Positions 6,506 through 15,853 are shown, numbered from the stretch's first letter. The stretch is DNA of 24,000 nucleotides from Clostridia bacterium (GCA_017541375.1 JAFXZE010000005.1:126183-150182), one strand, 5' to 3'. Program-made: numbers and translations. Notes: a model not told the origin generated them from the letters alone.

Positions 6506-9500
6506 ATGAAAAAAGAATTACAGCGTTTACCAAATATGAATGAAATCCAAAATGAAATCCTACAATTTTGGAAAGAAGATAATACTTTTGTTAAATCTGT
6601 CGATAAACCTCATAAGGGCGAAGTCGTATTTTACGACGGTCCTCCCTTTCCTACGGGAAAGCCTCATCATGGAACTGTATTGGTTTCTTTCATCAAAGAC
6701 ATGATATCAAGATTTCAAACCATGCAAGGCAATAAAGTGGCTCGTCAATGGGGCTGGGATTGTCATGGACTGCCTATTGAAGTGCAGGCTGAAGGTCTAC
6801 TAGGCATCACCGACAAGAGCGAAATCGAAAAAACGATCGGTGTGGATAAATTTAATGAAAAATGTAGAGAAATCGTCTCTAGTAACGACTCATCTTGGAA
6901 AGAATATGTAGAAAATATGGCGCGCTGGGTAGATTATGATAACGCTTATCGCACCATGGACAAAGACTATATGGAAAGCGTGATTTGGGCTTTTGCGGAA
7001 TTACACAAAAAAGGCTACATTTACAAAGATTATCGCGTAACGCCATATTGTACTCGTTGTGAAACAGCTCTGTCAATTTCTGATACTCGTGAATCAGACT
7101 CCACCCGCCCCAAGCAAGACCGCTGGGTTATGGTAAAATTTAGAACCGACTACACAGAGAAAAAAATGCCAGTATATTTCTTAGCATGGACCACCACCCC
7201 ATGGACTTTACCATCAAATATGGCTCTGGCTATCGGAGAAACGATAGATTATAGCTACGTCGAAGTGAATGGCGAAGTACTAGTGGCTGGAGCAAATGCC
7301 TTAGCAAAATACAAACAAGTTTTCGGCGAAAATCCAAAAGTAATCAAAACAGTAAAAGGTAGTGAGTTAATCGGAAAAACATATCACCCACTCTTCGACT
7401 TTTTTGCTAAAGAAAAAGATAATGGAGCTTTCCGTGTAGTGGGAGTAGATTACATCGATGAAAACGAAGGAATCTGCATAGTGCACACTGCACCCGCCTT
7501 TGGTGAAGATGACTATTGGACATGTAAGAAAAATAACATTCCGCTCGTATGTCCAGTCGATGAAAAAGGAATTTTTACCGATAAAGTTAGCCTTTGGAAA
7601 GGTAAAATGGTATTTGATGCAAACAACGATATTATCAATTATCTAAAGAACAACGGTGGCTATGTAGCTGATGGTTCGCTTGTTCACAACTATCCTCACT
7701 GCTGGAGATGTGGAAAGCCACTTATCTACAAAGCTATGGAAGCGTGGTACCTCTCGATCGATAAACTAAAAGATGAGCTTATAAAGCAAAATGAATACGT
7801 AAATTGGTTTCCTGAAAACATCAAATATGGTCGTTACGGCAACTGGCTAAACAACGCTCGTGACTGGAATATTTCTCGAAACAGATACTGGAGTACTCCA
7901 ATCCCTGTTTGGGAATGTAACAAATGTAAGAAGCAAAAAGTATTATCAAGTATTGCAGAAATGGAAAAATTGTCAGGCAAAAAGGTAACCGACCTACACA
8001 AACAATATCTAGATAAAATAACCTTTAAATGTGATTGTGGTGGAACATATCACAGAGTACCTGAGGTGCTTGATTGCTGGTTTGAGTCTGGTAGTGCGCC
8101 ATTTGCGCGCATCCACTATCCATTCGAAAACAAAGCTTGGTTTGAATCTCACTCTCCTTCAGACTTTGTGTCAGAATATACTGGTCAAATCAGATGTTGG
8201 TTTTACTACCTTCACGTGCTTAGCGTCGCATTATTTAACAAACCAGCATACAAAAACTGTATTGTTCATGGAACAGTACTAGCTAAAGACGGTAAAAAAC
8301 TCTCTAAAAAGAGTAAAAACTATACCGACCCCATGGAACTTATGAAGTCGTATGGAACAGATGCCTTTAGGCTATATATGTTTCAATCCAACTGTATGAA
8401 CGGACTCGATATGATGTTTGATGAAGCAGGACTAAAGGATAGCTTACAACAAATCATTCTGCCCTATTGGAACTGTGCGTATTTTTACTCAAGTTATGCC
8501 AAAATAGACAACTATATAGGTGATGAATCAATAGAACCAAAAAGCGATAATGGCCTAGACAAATGGATATTGGCTCTATTATACAAAACTGAAAAAACAA
8601 TAAAAACACAAATGGACGGTTATCAAATCTCTGGGTATGTAAAGCCATTAGCGGACTTTTTAAATGGATTATCCAATTGGTATATTCGTCGCTCTCGTCG
8701 TAGATTTTGGGTAGACGGAATGAATAAAGACAAAGAGCAAGCCTATACTACCCTATTTTATGTATTGACTAGGTTTTCTCGCATCTTTGCACCCGTTGCT
8801 CCAATCGTGAGCGAATATGTGTATAAAATACTCACAAATAAGGAAAGTGTTCACCTCGAAGATTGGCCAAATATTCCCAATAAATTCAACAACGAAAAGC
8901 TTCTTAATGAAATTGATTTAGTGCAAAACACTATTCACCTAGCCCGCAATATTCGAAATAAAAACAATGTTAAAAACCGTCAACCGCTTAGCCTCTTAAA
9001 AATCGCCTCAACAGATAAGGCTGATTACAAAATCATAAAAGACAACGCTGAAGTTATCAAAGAAGAGTTGAATGTAAAGAAAATTGAGTTAGTTGATGAT
9101 GTGGACACTCTAGCCGAAATCAGTTATAAGGTAAACTTTGCGACCGTTGGTAAAACTATGGGGCAAATGATACCAGTAATCCAAAAATCAATACAAAACA
9201 AGACCATCAAATTTGACGGAGAACACTATCTTGTACCCGAGGCAAATTTGACTCTAGCCAAAGAGGATATCTTAGTAAACTTCACTGCTCGAGGAAACTT
9301 GCCTGTATTTAGTGATTCACACCTTGTGGTAGCACTTGACCTCACATTAACGAACGAACTTATTGAAGAAGGTGTCGTACGTGAACTAGTAAGAAATATC
9401 CAAGATGCTCGTAAACAACTGAATCTCGAAATTACCGACCGGATTAAACTAGAACTTGTAGGAAAAATCTCGGATAAATTCTATGATTATATCACTACAG

Positions 9501-9589
9501 AGACGTTAGCAGATTTTGAAAAAGTAGCAAAGCCCGAATTTACTACTGTAGTTGAAAACATCGAAATCAAAATGAAAAAGGCCCAATAA
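6506..9589 (+). CDS. ileS: Isoleucine--tRNA ligase (long, type-2/eukaryote-like architecture)
   Basis: SD AGGAGA lies 6 nt before ATG 6506. Motifs: FYDGPPFPTGKPHHGT (HIGH region), WDCHGLPIE, the editing-domain motif TTPWTLPSN, GKKLSKKSKNY (KMSKS region), and the long C-terminal extension typical of type-2 IleRS. Confidence 0.97.
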   Translation: MKKELQRLPNMNEIQNEILQFWKEDNTFVKSVDKPHKGEVVFYDGPPFPTGKPHHGTVLVSFIKDMISRFQTMQGNKVARQWGWDCHGLPIEVQAEGLLGITDKSEIEKTIGVDKFNEKCREIVSSNDSSWKEYVENMARWVDYDNAYRTMDKDYMESVIWAFAELHKKGYIYKDYRVTPYCTRCETALSISDTRESDSTRPKQDRWVMVKFRTDYTEKKMPVYFLAWTTTPWTLPSNMALAIGETIDYSYVEVNGEVLVAGANALAKYKQVFGENPKVIKTVKGSELIGKTYHPLFDFFAKEKDNGAFRVVGVDYIDENEGICIVHTAPAFGEDDYWTCKKNNIPLVCPVDEKGIFTDKVSLWKGKMVFDANNDIINYLKNNGGYVADGSLVHNYPHCWRCGKPLIYKAMEAWYLSIDKLKDELIKQNEYVNWFPENIKYGRYGNWLNNARDWNISRNRYWSTPIPVWECNKCKKQKVLSSIAEMEKLSGKKVTDLHKQYLDKITFKCDCGGTYHRVPEVLDCWFESGSAPFARIHYPFENKAWFESHSPSDFVSEYTGQIRCWFYYLHVLSVALFNKPAYKNCIVHGTVLAKDGKKLSKKSKNYTDPMELMKSYGTDAFRLYMFQSNCMNGLDMMFDEAGLKDSLQQIILPYWNCAYFYSSYAKIDNYIGDESIEPKSDNGLDKWILALLYKTEKTIKTQMDGYQISGYVKPLADFLNGLSNWYIRRSRRRFWVDGMNKDKEQAYTTLFYVLTRFSRIFAPVAPIVSEYVYKILTNKESVHLEDWPNIPNKFNNEKLLNEIDLVQNTIHLARNIRNKNNVKNRQPLSLLKIASTDKADYKIIKDNAEVIKEELNVKKIELVDDVDTLAEISYKVNFATVGKTMGQMIPVIQKSIQNKTIKFDGEHYLVPEANLTLAKEDILVNFTARGNLPVFSDSHLVVALDLTLTNELIEEGVVRELVRNIQDARKQLNLEITDRIKLELVGKISDKFYDYITTETLADFEKVAKPEFTTVVENIEIKMKKAQ

Positions 9590-9590
9590 C

Positions 9591-9620
9591 AAAAAACTGG
9601 ATACCAAGTCCAGTTTTTTT
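9591..9620 (+). terminator. Rho-independent terminator
   Basis: AAAAAACTGGA-taccaag-TCCAGTTTTTTT, directly after the ileS stop. Confidence 0.8.
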
Positions 9621-9644
9621 GTTGTTTTTTGTCAAATTATATCA

Positions 9645-9673
9645 TTGACAAACTAAACTATTTATGCTACTAT
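9645..9673 (+). promoter_or_regulatory. Sigma-A type promoter with extended -10
   Basis: TTGACA (9645-9650), 17-nt spacer ending in TGc, TACTAT (9668-9673). Confidence 0.6.
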
Positions 9674-9697
9674 TAGCACATATCATAAGGAAAAAAT

Positions 9698-10693
9698 ATG
9701 AACGATTATATAATCACAAGTAGTGATAATGGATTAAGTTATTATAATGAAAGAGATGATTCGGTCTTTGGTATAGAACTAAGATTATCTCAATATAACA
9801 AAGCTGAATTTGAAAAAGTAATGACATTACTTTTTAGCTTTGATAATATCAAAAAATTAGCACACATAATTATCGATGATGCCTCACAAATGAACTGGAA
9901 TTCTTATATAGAATTATTAGACTTACATGAAAAAATACAAGAGTACAATCCTGAGACAGAGATTTTTGTTCGTGAGAGATTTCATAAATATCCCCTAAAT
10001 CAAGCTCTGCAGGCTGAAAAAAAGGCCTTTTTTATAGCATCAAAAATTGCCGCCCGTACAAAAGATCCCTTTGAGCAGGCTCTACTTTTGCATGATTATA
10101 CTTCAGCAAAAATTTATAATAAATCTTATGATAATAGTGATGATATCAATTTTATAGGTGCAATGACTACCAACTCTATCGTGTGTATGGGATATGCAAA
10201 AATTTTTCAAAAAATATGCAAATACCTCAGCATTGAATGTGAGATGATTTGCACTCAAGAGTATTTAAAACCCATAATCCATTGTCTCAACATATTAAGA
10301 CTGGATTCGGAAAAATACAATATTCACGGACATTACATTTGTGACCCTACTTGGGATAGTACTCTATCTTGCATCGGAGAGCGCTCATATTTATATAGCG
10401 CATATCCTATACAAGATTTGGTTTCCCCCAAAGCTAGACATCATGAATTTTTTTGTGCAAGTAAAAGTAAAATATATACCAATGGAGAGTACCTTAGTCA
10501 ACCACTTTGCTCCTCATCTTCCCCTATTATTCCTCTCTCAACCTTTGAACAGGCATTAAAATCAATTTATCCACACCCACAAATTGTAGATAAAAATCTT
10601 GCTTATACAATAAATGAAATTGCTAAAAAAGAAGTGGGTGCAGAAAATTGTTTTTATACTGAATACAGTAAGAATCAAGAAATGACCCGATAA
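9698..10693 (+). CDS. Transglutaminase-like (papain-fold) superfamily protein
   Basis: SD AAGGAA precedes the ATG. A Cys-His-Asp pattern in the right order and spacing: SIVCMGYAKIFQKICKYLSIECEMI ... IIHCLNILRL ... HGHYICDPTWD, compared with G.C..fa.lf..l.r.lGIpar....HaWn.v......vDpTw. No signal peptide. Confidence 0.55.
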   Translation: MNDYIITSSDNGLSYYNERDDSVFGIELRLSQYNKAEFEKVMTLLFSFDNIKKLAHIIIDDASQMNWNSYIELLDLHEKIQEYNPETEIFVRERFHKYPLNQALQAEKKAFFIASKIAARTKDPFEQALLLHDYTSAKIYNKSYDNSDDINFIGAMTTNSIVCMGYAKIFQKICKYLSIECEMICTQEYLKPIIHCLNILRLDSEKYNIHGHYICDPTWDSTLSCIGERSYLYSAYPIQDLVSPKARHHEFFCASKSKIYTNGEYLSQPLCSSSSPIIPLSTFEQALKSIYPHPQIVDKNLAYTINEIAKKEVGAENCFYTEYSKNQEMTR

Positions 10694-10716
10694 AAGCCAA
10701 AAATATTTGGCTTTTT
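10692..10716 (+). terminator. Rho-independent terminator
   Basis: AAAGCCAA-aaatat-TTGGCTTTTTC, overlapping the stop codon. Confidence 0.7.
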
Positions 10717-10747
10717 CTTTAAAACTTTTTGTAGTGTATACAAAATC

Positions 10748-10776
10748 TTTACAAATGCTCAATTTTGTGGTATAAT
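10748..10776 (+). promoter_or_regulatory. Sigma-A type promoter with extended -10
   Basis: TTTACA (10748-10753), 17-nt spacer ending in TGg, TATAAT (10771-10776). Confidence 0.6.
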
Positions 10777-10828
10777 AGTTCGAATTAGAGACATAAAAAA
10801 TTATATTTAAGGAGAAAAAAATATATTC

Positions 10829-12181
10829 ATGGGTCATAGTTTGTTATGTAGCGTCAGCTTAGAGGTAAATATTATCATTTGCGGCGTTATATTGTTATTA
10901 ATTTTGTGTTCCGCATTCTTTAGTGGATGTGAAACAGCTTTTACATCAGTTAATTCAGTGCGTATGAAACACTACGCAGACGAAAAAGTAAAGGGAGCCA
11001 GACGAGCTGTTTGGATAATAGAGCATTTTGATATAACTCTTTCTACCCTACTAGTAAGTAATAACCTTGTAAATATTGCATCTACTACTATGTGCGCATT
11101 TTTACTTGCTAATGCAATTACCAATGCAACTTTAGCTAATATTTTGACTACAGCTATCATGACAATTGTGTTGTTAATCTGTGGAGAGATTACTCCAAAG
11201 GCATTTGCAAAGCAAAATCCTGAGAAAGTAGCATTGCGCTTTGCTAATACATTTTTTATCATTACCAAGATTTTGCTACCTATCACATTCTTATTTAATA
11301 AATATCAGCAATTCTTGTTAAAACGTAGTAAAAAAGAAAATAACCCAACAGTAACCGAAGAAGAGTTGGAAAGCATCATAGACACTATGCAAGAAGAAGG
11401 TGTAATAGATAGTACAAATGCTGACTTAATACAGGGAGTATTGGATCTAGACCAAAAAATAGTGTATAGTGCAATGACACCCAGGGTCGATGTATCAGCT
11501 ATAGATATAAATGCAAACCCTGAAGAAATCACCAAGTTATTTATAGATACACAGTTTTCTAGATTACCTGTATTTGAGGGAGATATTGATAACATTGTGG
11601 GAATACTAAGTGAAAAAGATTATTTTTCTGCGTTAGTTACTAACAAGTCACCTAAAGTAAAAGAACTAATGACTCCCCCTATGGTGGTAAATGAAAACAT
11701 GAAACTAGACGACATGATACGTCAAATGCAAAAAGAAAAGAAACACATGGCTATCGTTATCGATGAGCATGGCGGCACTAGTGGAATAATTACACTAGAG
11801 GATGCTATAGAAGAAGTTTGGGGCGAAATCTATGATGAGCATGATATGGAAACCGAACAAGCTCAATTCATAAAAATAGATGACCACAACTTTATAGCAG
11901 ATGCTGAAATTACGCTAGAAGATCTCTTTGAAAAGCTAGGAATAGAGCATTTACCGAGCAAAAACTATGCAAACCTTGGAGCATTCCTATTTGAATTGGC
12001 TGAAAAAAGCGTGCCAAAGCAAAATCAAATATTGGAATTTGTGACAATAGATGACCGAATGGATGAAGATGCTGAATACTATGAGGTAATAGTAAAACTC
12101 ATATTTAAGCTCATAAAAGTTGAAAACAATCGTATACGCGAAGTGCGTATAACTATTCAAGAAGTCAGTGACAAAATATGA
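10829..12181 (+). CDS. CNNM/DUF21-CBS-CorC_HlyC family transporter ('hemolysin family protein')
   Basis: The N-terminal DUF21 membrane domain (FFSGCETAFTSVN..., GEITPKAFA) is followed by a CBS pair (MTPRVDV...LPVFEGDIDNIVGIL..., KKHMAIVIDEHGGTSGIITLEDAIEEVWGEIYDEHD) and a CorC/HlyC C-terminal domain. Confidence 0.9.
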   Translation: MGHSLLCSVSLEVNIIICGVILLLILCSAFFSGCETAFTSVNSVRMKHYADEKVKGARRAVWIIEHFDITLSTLLVSNNLVNIASTTMCAFLLANAITNATLANILTTAIMTIVLLICGEITPKAFAKQNPEKVALRFANTFFIITKILLPITFLFNKYQQFLLKRSKKENNPTVTEEELESIIDTMQEEGVIDSTNADLIQGVLDLDQKIVYSAMTPRVDVSAIDINANPEEITKLFIDTQFSRLPVFEGDIDNIVGILSEKDYFSALVTNKSPKVKELMTPPMVVNENMKLDDMIRQMQKEKKHMAIVIDEHGGTSGIITLEDAIEEVWGEIYDEHDMETEQAQFIKIDDHNFIADAEITLEDLFEKLGIEHLPSKNYANLGAFLFELAEKSVPKQNQILEFVTIDDRMDEDAEYYEVIVKLIFKLIKVENNRIREVRITIQEVSDKI

Positions 12182-12191
12182 CTATATTTAG

Positions 12192-12220
12192 TTGTAAATT
12201 ACAATTTACTGTGTTATAAT
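12192..12220 (+). promoter_or_regulatory. Sigma-A type promoter with extended -10
   Basis: TTGTAA (12192-12197), 17-nt spacer ending in TGt, TATAAT (12215-12220). No terminator is visible between 12181 and this promoter. Confidence 0.55.
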
Positions 12221-12246
12221 ACCTAAAACAACAAAGGAGGAAAATA

Positions 12247-13404
12247 ATGTTTGGTTTACTAAGTAGTGCTGCCACTGGCAGCGATACTACCACCCCATCA
12301 GTAACTGAAGGCACAACAGGGGACCCTACTGCACCAGCTACTTCGGGGATAGACTGGGCTCATGTTTGGGACACTGTGTGGCATTGGTGTGTAAGTGAAG
12401 GAATAAAACTCCTTATTGCACTAATCGTACTGTGGCTATGCTTTAAAATAGTAAACTTCATATTTAGAAGAGTTTCCAAAATCTTGGAAAAACGTAAAGC
12501 GGATAAAACTCTATCTCGAGCATTAGTATCTGTCAGTCGAAAAATTATTAAGTTTTTCTTACTACTAATGTTTGTAGGTTATATTGGAATAGATACATCC
12601 AGCATTGTAGCAGCTATTGCTGCCGGTGCTGTGACCGTTGGTTTAGCTCTGCAAGGTGCCCTATCAAATCTTGCGTCTGGTGTGCTTATCATTTGCTTGC
12701 GCCCATTCCGCGTGGGAGACTTTATCGAATGTACTGGTCTAAAGGGAACTGTCGAAGATATCGGCTTATTTCAGACAAGACTAGTAAGTCCTGATAATAA
12801 AGTTTTGATAATATCAAACACAAATGCAATCAACGCAGCTATTATCAACTACTCTATGAAAGATACTCGACGAGTAGATATGACATTCTCAATTGCTTAT
12901 GAAGAAGATTTTCGAAAAGCTAAAAATCTAATTCGAGAGGAAATTGCTAAAACAGGTCTTGCCCTACCCGAGCCTGAACCATTTGTAAATATCAAAGAGC
13001 ACAATGACAGTTCTATTGATATAGAAGTGCGTACCTGGGTAAAATCCGACGATTATTGGGATTTTTATTGGCGCTTGCTTGAAGATGTGAAGATGGCATT
13101 TGATAAACATGATATCACTATTCCATATAATCAACTCGATGTGCACATAAAAGATAAAGAATCGGAAAAACTTCAACTTGAAGATGATGACAAATATGTC
13201 AAAGCTGAAATTGAACACTACAAACACACTCTTAGCACTAAAGAAGTAGCTAGGAAACGCAGATTGGCCGCTGAAGCAGCAGAAAAGGAACGCAAAGAAA
13301 ACAAGAATATTGTTAAAGCTATTATTAAAAAAGCTAGAAAAAAGGATAAAAAACAATCTGAAAAAGTTGAAGCAAATAATGAGAATAAAACTAAAAAAGT
13401 TTAG
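12247..13404 (+). CDS. MscS-family mechanosensitive ion channel with a Lys-rich C-terminal tail
   Basis: SD AAAGGAGGAAAA. The pore-helix/beta-domain signature is GALSNLASGVLIICLRPFRVGDFIECTGLKGTVEDIGLFQTRLVSPDNKVLIISN. The C-terminal ~90 aa is a charged K/E-rich extension. Confidence 0.9.
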   Translation: MFGLLSSAATGSDTTTPSVTEGTTGDPTAPATSGIDWAHVWDTVWHWCVSEGIKLLIALIVLWLCFKIVNFIFRRVSKILEKRKADKTLSRALVSVSRKIIKFFLLLMFVGYIGIDTSSIVAAIAAGAVTVGLALQGALSNLASGVLIICLRPFRVGDFIECTGLKGTVEDIGLFQTRLVSPDNKVLIISNTNAINAAIINYSMKDTRRVDMTFSIAYEEDFRKAKNLIREEIAKTGLALPEPEPFVNIKEHNDSSIDIEVRTWVKSDDYWDFYWRLLEDVKMAFDKHDITIPYNQLDVHIKDKESEKLQLEDDDKYVKAEIEHYKHTLSTKEVARKRRLAAEAAEKERKENKNIVKAIIKKARKKDKKQSEKVEANNENKTKKV

Positions 13405-13422
13405 ATTAATCTAAACTTTTTT
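13393..13422. terminator. Bidirectional terminator (perfect 30-nt palindrome) overlapping both convergent stop codons
   Basis: AAAAAAGTTTAGATT|AATCTAAACTTTTTT. The left arm contains the TAG stop of the MscS gene and the right arm reaches the TAA (minus strand) of the 13421..15688 gene. AT-rich, with two G-C pairs. Confidence 0.6.
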
Positions 13423-15688
13423 ATTCTATAATCAATCCAGAAGAATCTAAATCATCACCTGTTGACCTAAATGCCAACTGCCCCATACCCATTAGGAATG
13501 TCGTTGCAACAGCTTTTTTTGCACGAGGCTTTCTAGGTTTTGCACTAGCCTTACTAGCTTCTACATAAGCTTGTGGTAATATAGAATTAACTGTAGATTC
13601 ATCACCTCCAAAAGGAAGTACTCCCCCAGTCGAAGTCCCTTCAGTTCCAGTTGAATCTGTGTCTGTGGTACCAGACTTTTTCTTTGTAGTATTCTTAGTT
13701 GTCGTAGTAGTTGATTCAGCTTGTTTATCAGATGTGGAATCATTATTTAGTATAACAGCCCCAGTATTTATGGTAGTCACGGTACCAGTATTTTTGTTGC
13801 TTGTAGTATCATCATTCTGAGTAGATGTGGTTGCTGTAGCATCTGTAGAGCTTTGTGTAGTGCTATCAGGAGTCGTAGTGCTATTTTTAATAGTGGTGGT
13901 GTTTACTACATTATTTGTAGTATCGGTGGTTGTATTTTTAGTAGTATCCACCACTGTTGTAGTCTCGACAGTCTTGACATCAGATTTATTATTAATCTCA
14001 GCAGGTGGAGTTTGCTCAGGAACACGACTAAACTCAAGAGCTGTTGGTTTATTCTTAGATGTTGATGACGCAGCATATGGAGAACTTAACAAATCACTGT
14101 TTTGAGTAACACTTGATTGTTGAGTAGCTTGCTTATTATTCTCCTCTCCCTCTGTAGATTTGCTACTACTTGCAACAGCAGTAGCCCCAAATAATGCATC
14201 AAAAGCACCTTTATTAGTGTTTGTTTCTTGAGTCGTGGTAGTGTTGTTTGTTGTGGTAGTAGTGTTATTGACTGTTGTGTTGTTTGTTGTGGTTGTGTTA
14301 TTAACTGTATTTGCAGTAGATGAACTATTACTGAATAAATCATCATACGAACCTTTATTGCTATTTTCCTGCTTTACTGTACTTGTAGAAGTTTCTTTAT
14401 TCTCACTAATCTTATTGGTTGTAGTAGTGCTATATTTAGAATCAACCGTATCACTACCTTTTTCAGTTGGTTGAGTAGTAACATTATTGGCTGTGCTATA
14501 AGCGGGCGTGGTTTGCGTAGTTGTACTATTTGTTGTAGTTGTCGTATTAGAAGTAGTTGTAGATGTGGATGTACCAAACAATGAATCGTATGGATTGACA
14601 CTATTTGTAGTTGGTTTATCAGTGCTTGTTGGAGGTGCCGAAGCAGGTCTGTTTGCATTTCCAGAAGTAACTCCTGGACCACTTTCATCCTGAGGTCTAC
14701 GCCCAATAGGAACATTTTGTAAGAAAGGATTGACTGGTTGATATGTAGCAGGGCGTCTTGGTGAACTCTCTTCCGCTATAGGTCTAAAAGCCGGTAGAGG
14801 CTTATTGGTCGCGACTTGCTCATTATTGGTATAAGGTTGGTAAACTGTACGCCTTGAATCAAACCTCGATTTTTCCTTACTCTCCTCATCAATATCAGCC
14901 AAAGTTCTTACTTTCGAACGCTCTCCGCCAAATGGAGACGACTTTACATAATCTCCATCTTTAGAAACTGACACAACAGTAGATTTTGTTGATTCTCGCA
15001 AGAATCTATGAGGAATGGTGCACAACATCCACACTCCAGCTCCAGCTAAATATAATGATAGATATCCCATGCAACCTTGATTTGATGTGAGTGCGATAAC
15101 CATACTTTTGTGAAATTCGAAACCACCATCAAACACACTATTTATTCCTTCTAAACCAATAAAAAATGAAGTTACTGTCCAAAAAATTCCATTAAAAATC
15201 AGCAATGTACTCGCTCGGTTTACATGATATTTCTGAGTTATCCAAAAAACAATACCCAAAACAACACTTATAAATGATAAAGCAAAGAATATTAATTGAG
15301 TTGCTCCTATCAAATCTAACAAATCAGTTGTTTCCGAAACCTCGGATAAAATTTTAAAAATCAAAGGTATAAGTAGTGAAAGAATTCCAAAAATGGAAGA
15401 TAATCTAAAAAAAGTACTGTTGGTAGATTGACGAAAAAAAGTAGAAGCTAAAAATATGATAAAAAGTGTTGACAGGATAATCAATGCCCCCCACTCTTTG
15501 ATAGCACCTAGAGTATCTACTCCAACAATCTCAGCAAAGGCTGTTTTATAATTCCATGGTCTATCACCTGTGAGTTGAAAAACAAATTCAGGGAAAAACA
15601 ATGTAAACAATAGTAAGGCACCGATTAGCGAAAAGACTCCACCCACGATGTAGCCTGTTCGACGTCCACTTTTTACAACTTCACTCAT
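13421..15688 (-). CDS. Polytopic membrane protein with a long Thr/Asn/Ser-rich low-complexity tail
   Basis: SD GGAGG precedes ATG 15688. The N-terminal ~230 aa contain about six hydrophobic helices. The remaining ~520 aa are Pro-rich, then T/N/S-rich, and end in a basic segment KPRKPRAKK plus FLMGMGQLAF. The reading frame stays open over 755 codons despite the low complexity. Confidence 0.8.
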   Translation of the reverse strand: MSEVVKSGRRTGYIVGGVFSLIGALLLFTLFFPEFVFQLTGDRPWNYKTAFAEIVGVDTLGAIKEWGALIILSTLFIIFLASTFFRQSTNSTFFRLSSIFGILSLLIPLIFKILSEVSETTDLLDLIGATQLIFFALSFISVVLGIVFWITQKYHVNRASTLLIFNGIFWTVTSFFIGLEGINSVFDGGFEFHKSMVIALTSNQGCMGYLSLYLAGAGVWMLCTIPHRFLRESTKSTVVSVSKDGDYVKSSPFGGERSKVRTLADIDEESKEKSRFDSRRTVYQPYTNNEQVATNKPLPAFRPIAEESSPRRPATYQPVNPFLQNVPIGRRPQDESGPGVTSGNANRPASAPPTSTDKPTTNSVNPYDSLFGTSTSTTTSNTTTTTNSTTTQTTPAYSTANNVTTQPTEKGSDTVDSKYSTTTTNKISENKETSTSTVKQENSNKGSYDDLFSNSSSTANTVNNTTTTNNTTVNNTTTTTNNTTTTQETNTNKGAFDALFGATAVASSSKSTEGEENNKQATQQSSVTQNSDLLSSPYAASSTSKNKPTALEFSRVPEQTPPAEINNKSDVKTVETTTVVDTTKNTTTDTTNNVVNTTTIKNSTTTPDSTTQSSTDATATTSTQNDDTTSNKNTGTVTTINTGAVILNNDSTSDKQAESTTTTTKNTTKKKSGTTDTDSTGTEGTSTGGVLPFGGDESTVNSILPQAYVEASKASAKPRKPRAKKAVATTFLMGMGQLAFRSTGDDLDSSGLIIE
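14241..14309 (-). repeat. Imperfect tandem 36/33-nt repeat inside the Thr-rich coding region
   Basis: gtgttgtttgttgtggtagtagtgttattgactgtt (14241-14276) is directly followed by gtgttgtttgttgtggttgtgttattaactgta (14277-14309). On the minus strand this encodes ...TVNNTTTTNNT / TVNNTTTTTNNTT... Confidence 0.7.
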
Positions 15689-15725
15689 TTGTAAAATCGC
15701 CTCCTACCCTTTTACTATTACTACT

Positions 15726-15755
15726 ATTATATCAAATTATTAAAATAATTAGCAA
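15726..15755 (-). promoter_or_regulatory. Sigma-A type promoter with extended -10 for the 15688 gene
   Basis: On the minus strand: TTGCTA (15755-15750), 18-nt spacer ending in TGa, TATAAT (15731-15726). Confidence 0.5.
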
Positions 15756-15824
15756 ACGATTTTGGATAAAATATTTTATTTTCACAAAAAAAAGCAATAA
15801 TTTTCATTAAATAACTAAATTTGT

Positions 15825-15853
15825 TTTGAAAATGTAAAAAATTTTGCTATAAT
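15825..15853 (+). promoter_or_regulatory. Sigma-A type promoter with extended -10
   Basis: TTGAAA (15825-15830), 17-nt spacer ending in TGc, TATAAT (15848-15853). Confidence 0.6.

Noticed and set aside
13827-14715. Several ORFs in the six-frame track across the Thr-rich region: Val-rich + strand ORFs at 13827..14105, 13853..14065, 14235..14474 and 14508..14693, and alternative-frame minus-strand ORFs at 14086..14346 and 14374..14715.
   Set aside because: They are frame or antisense shadows of the repetitive ACN/AAY codons of the 755-aa minus-strand gene (ACN antisense gives GTN, i.e. Val). None has an SD or promoter, and all lie within a longer coherent ORF.
15766-15779. Perfect 14-nt palindrome ATAAAATATTTTAT between the divergent promoters, as a possible operator.
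   Set aside because: It consists only of A/T in an extremely AT-rich spacer, so chance occurrence is likely. No second copy or cognate regulator is evident.
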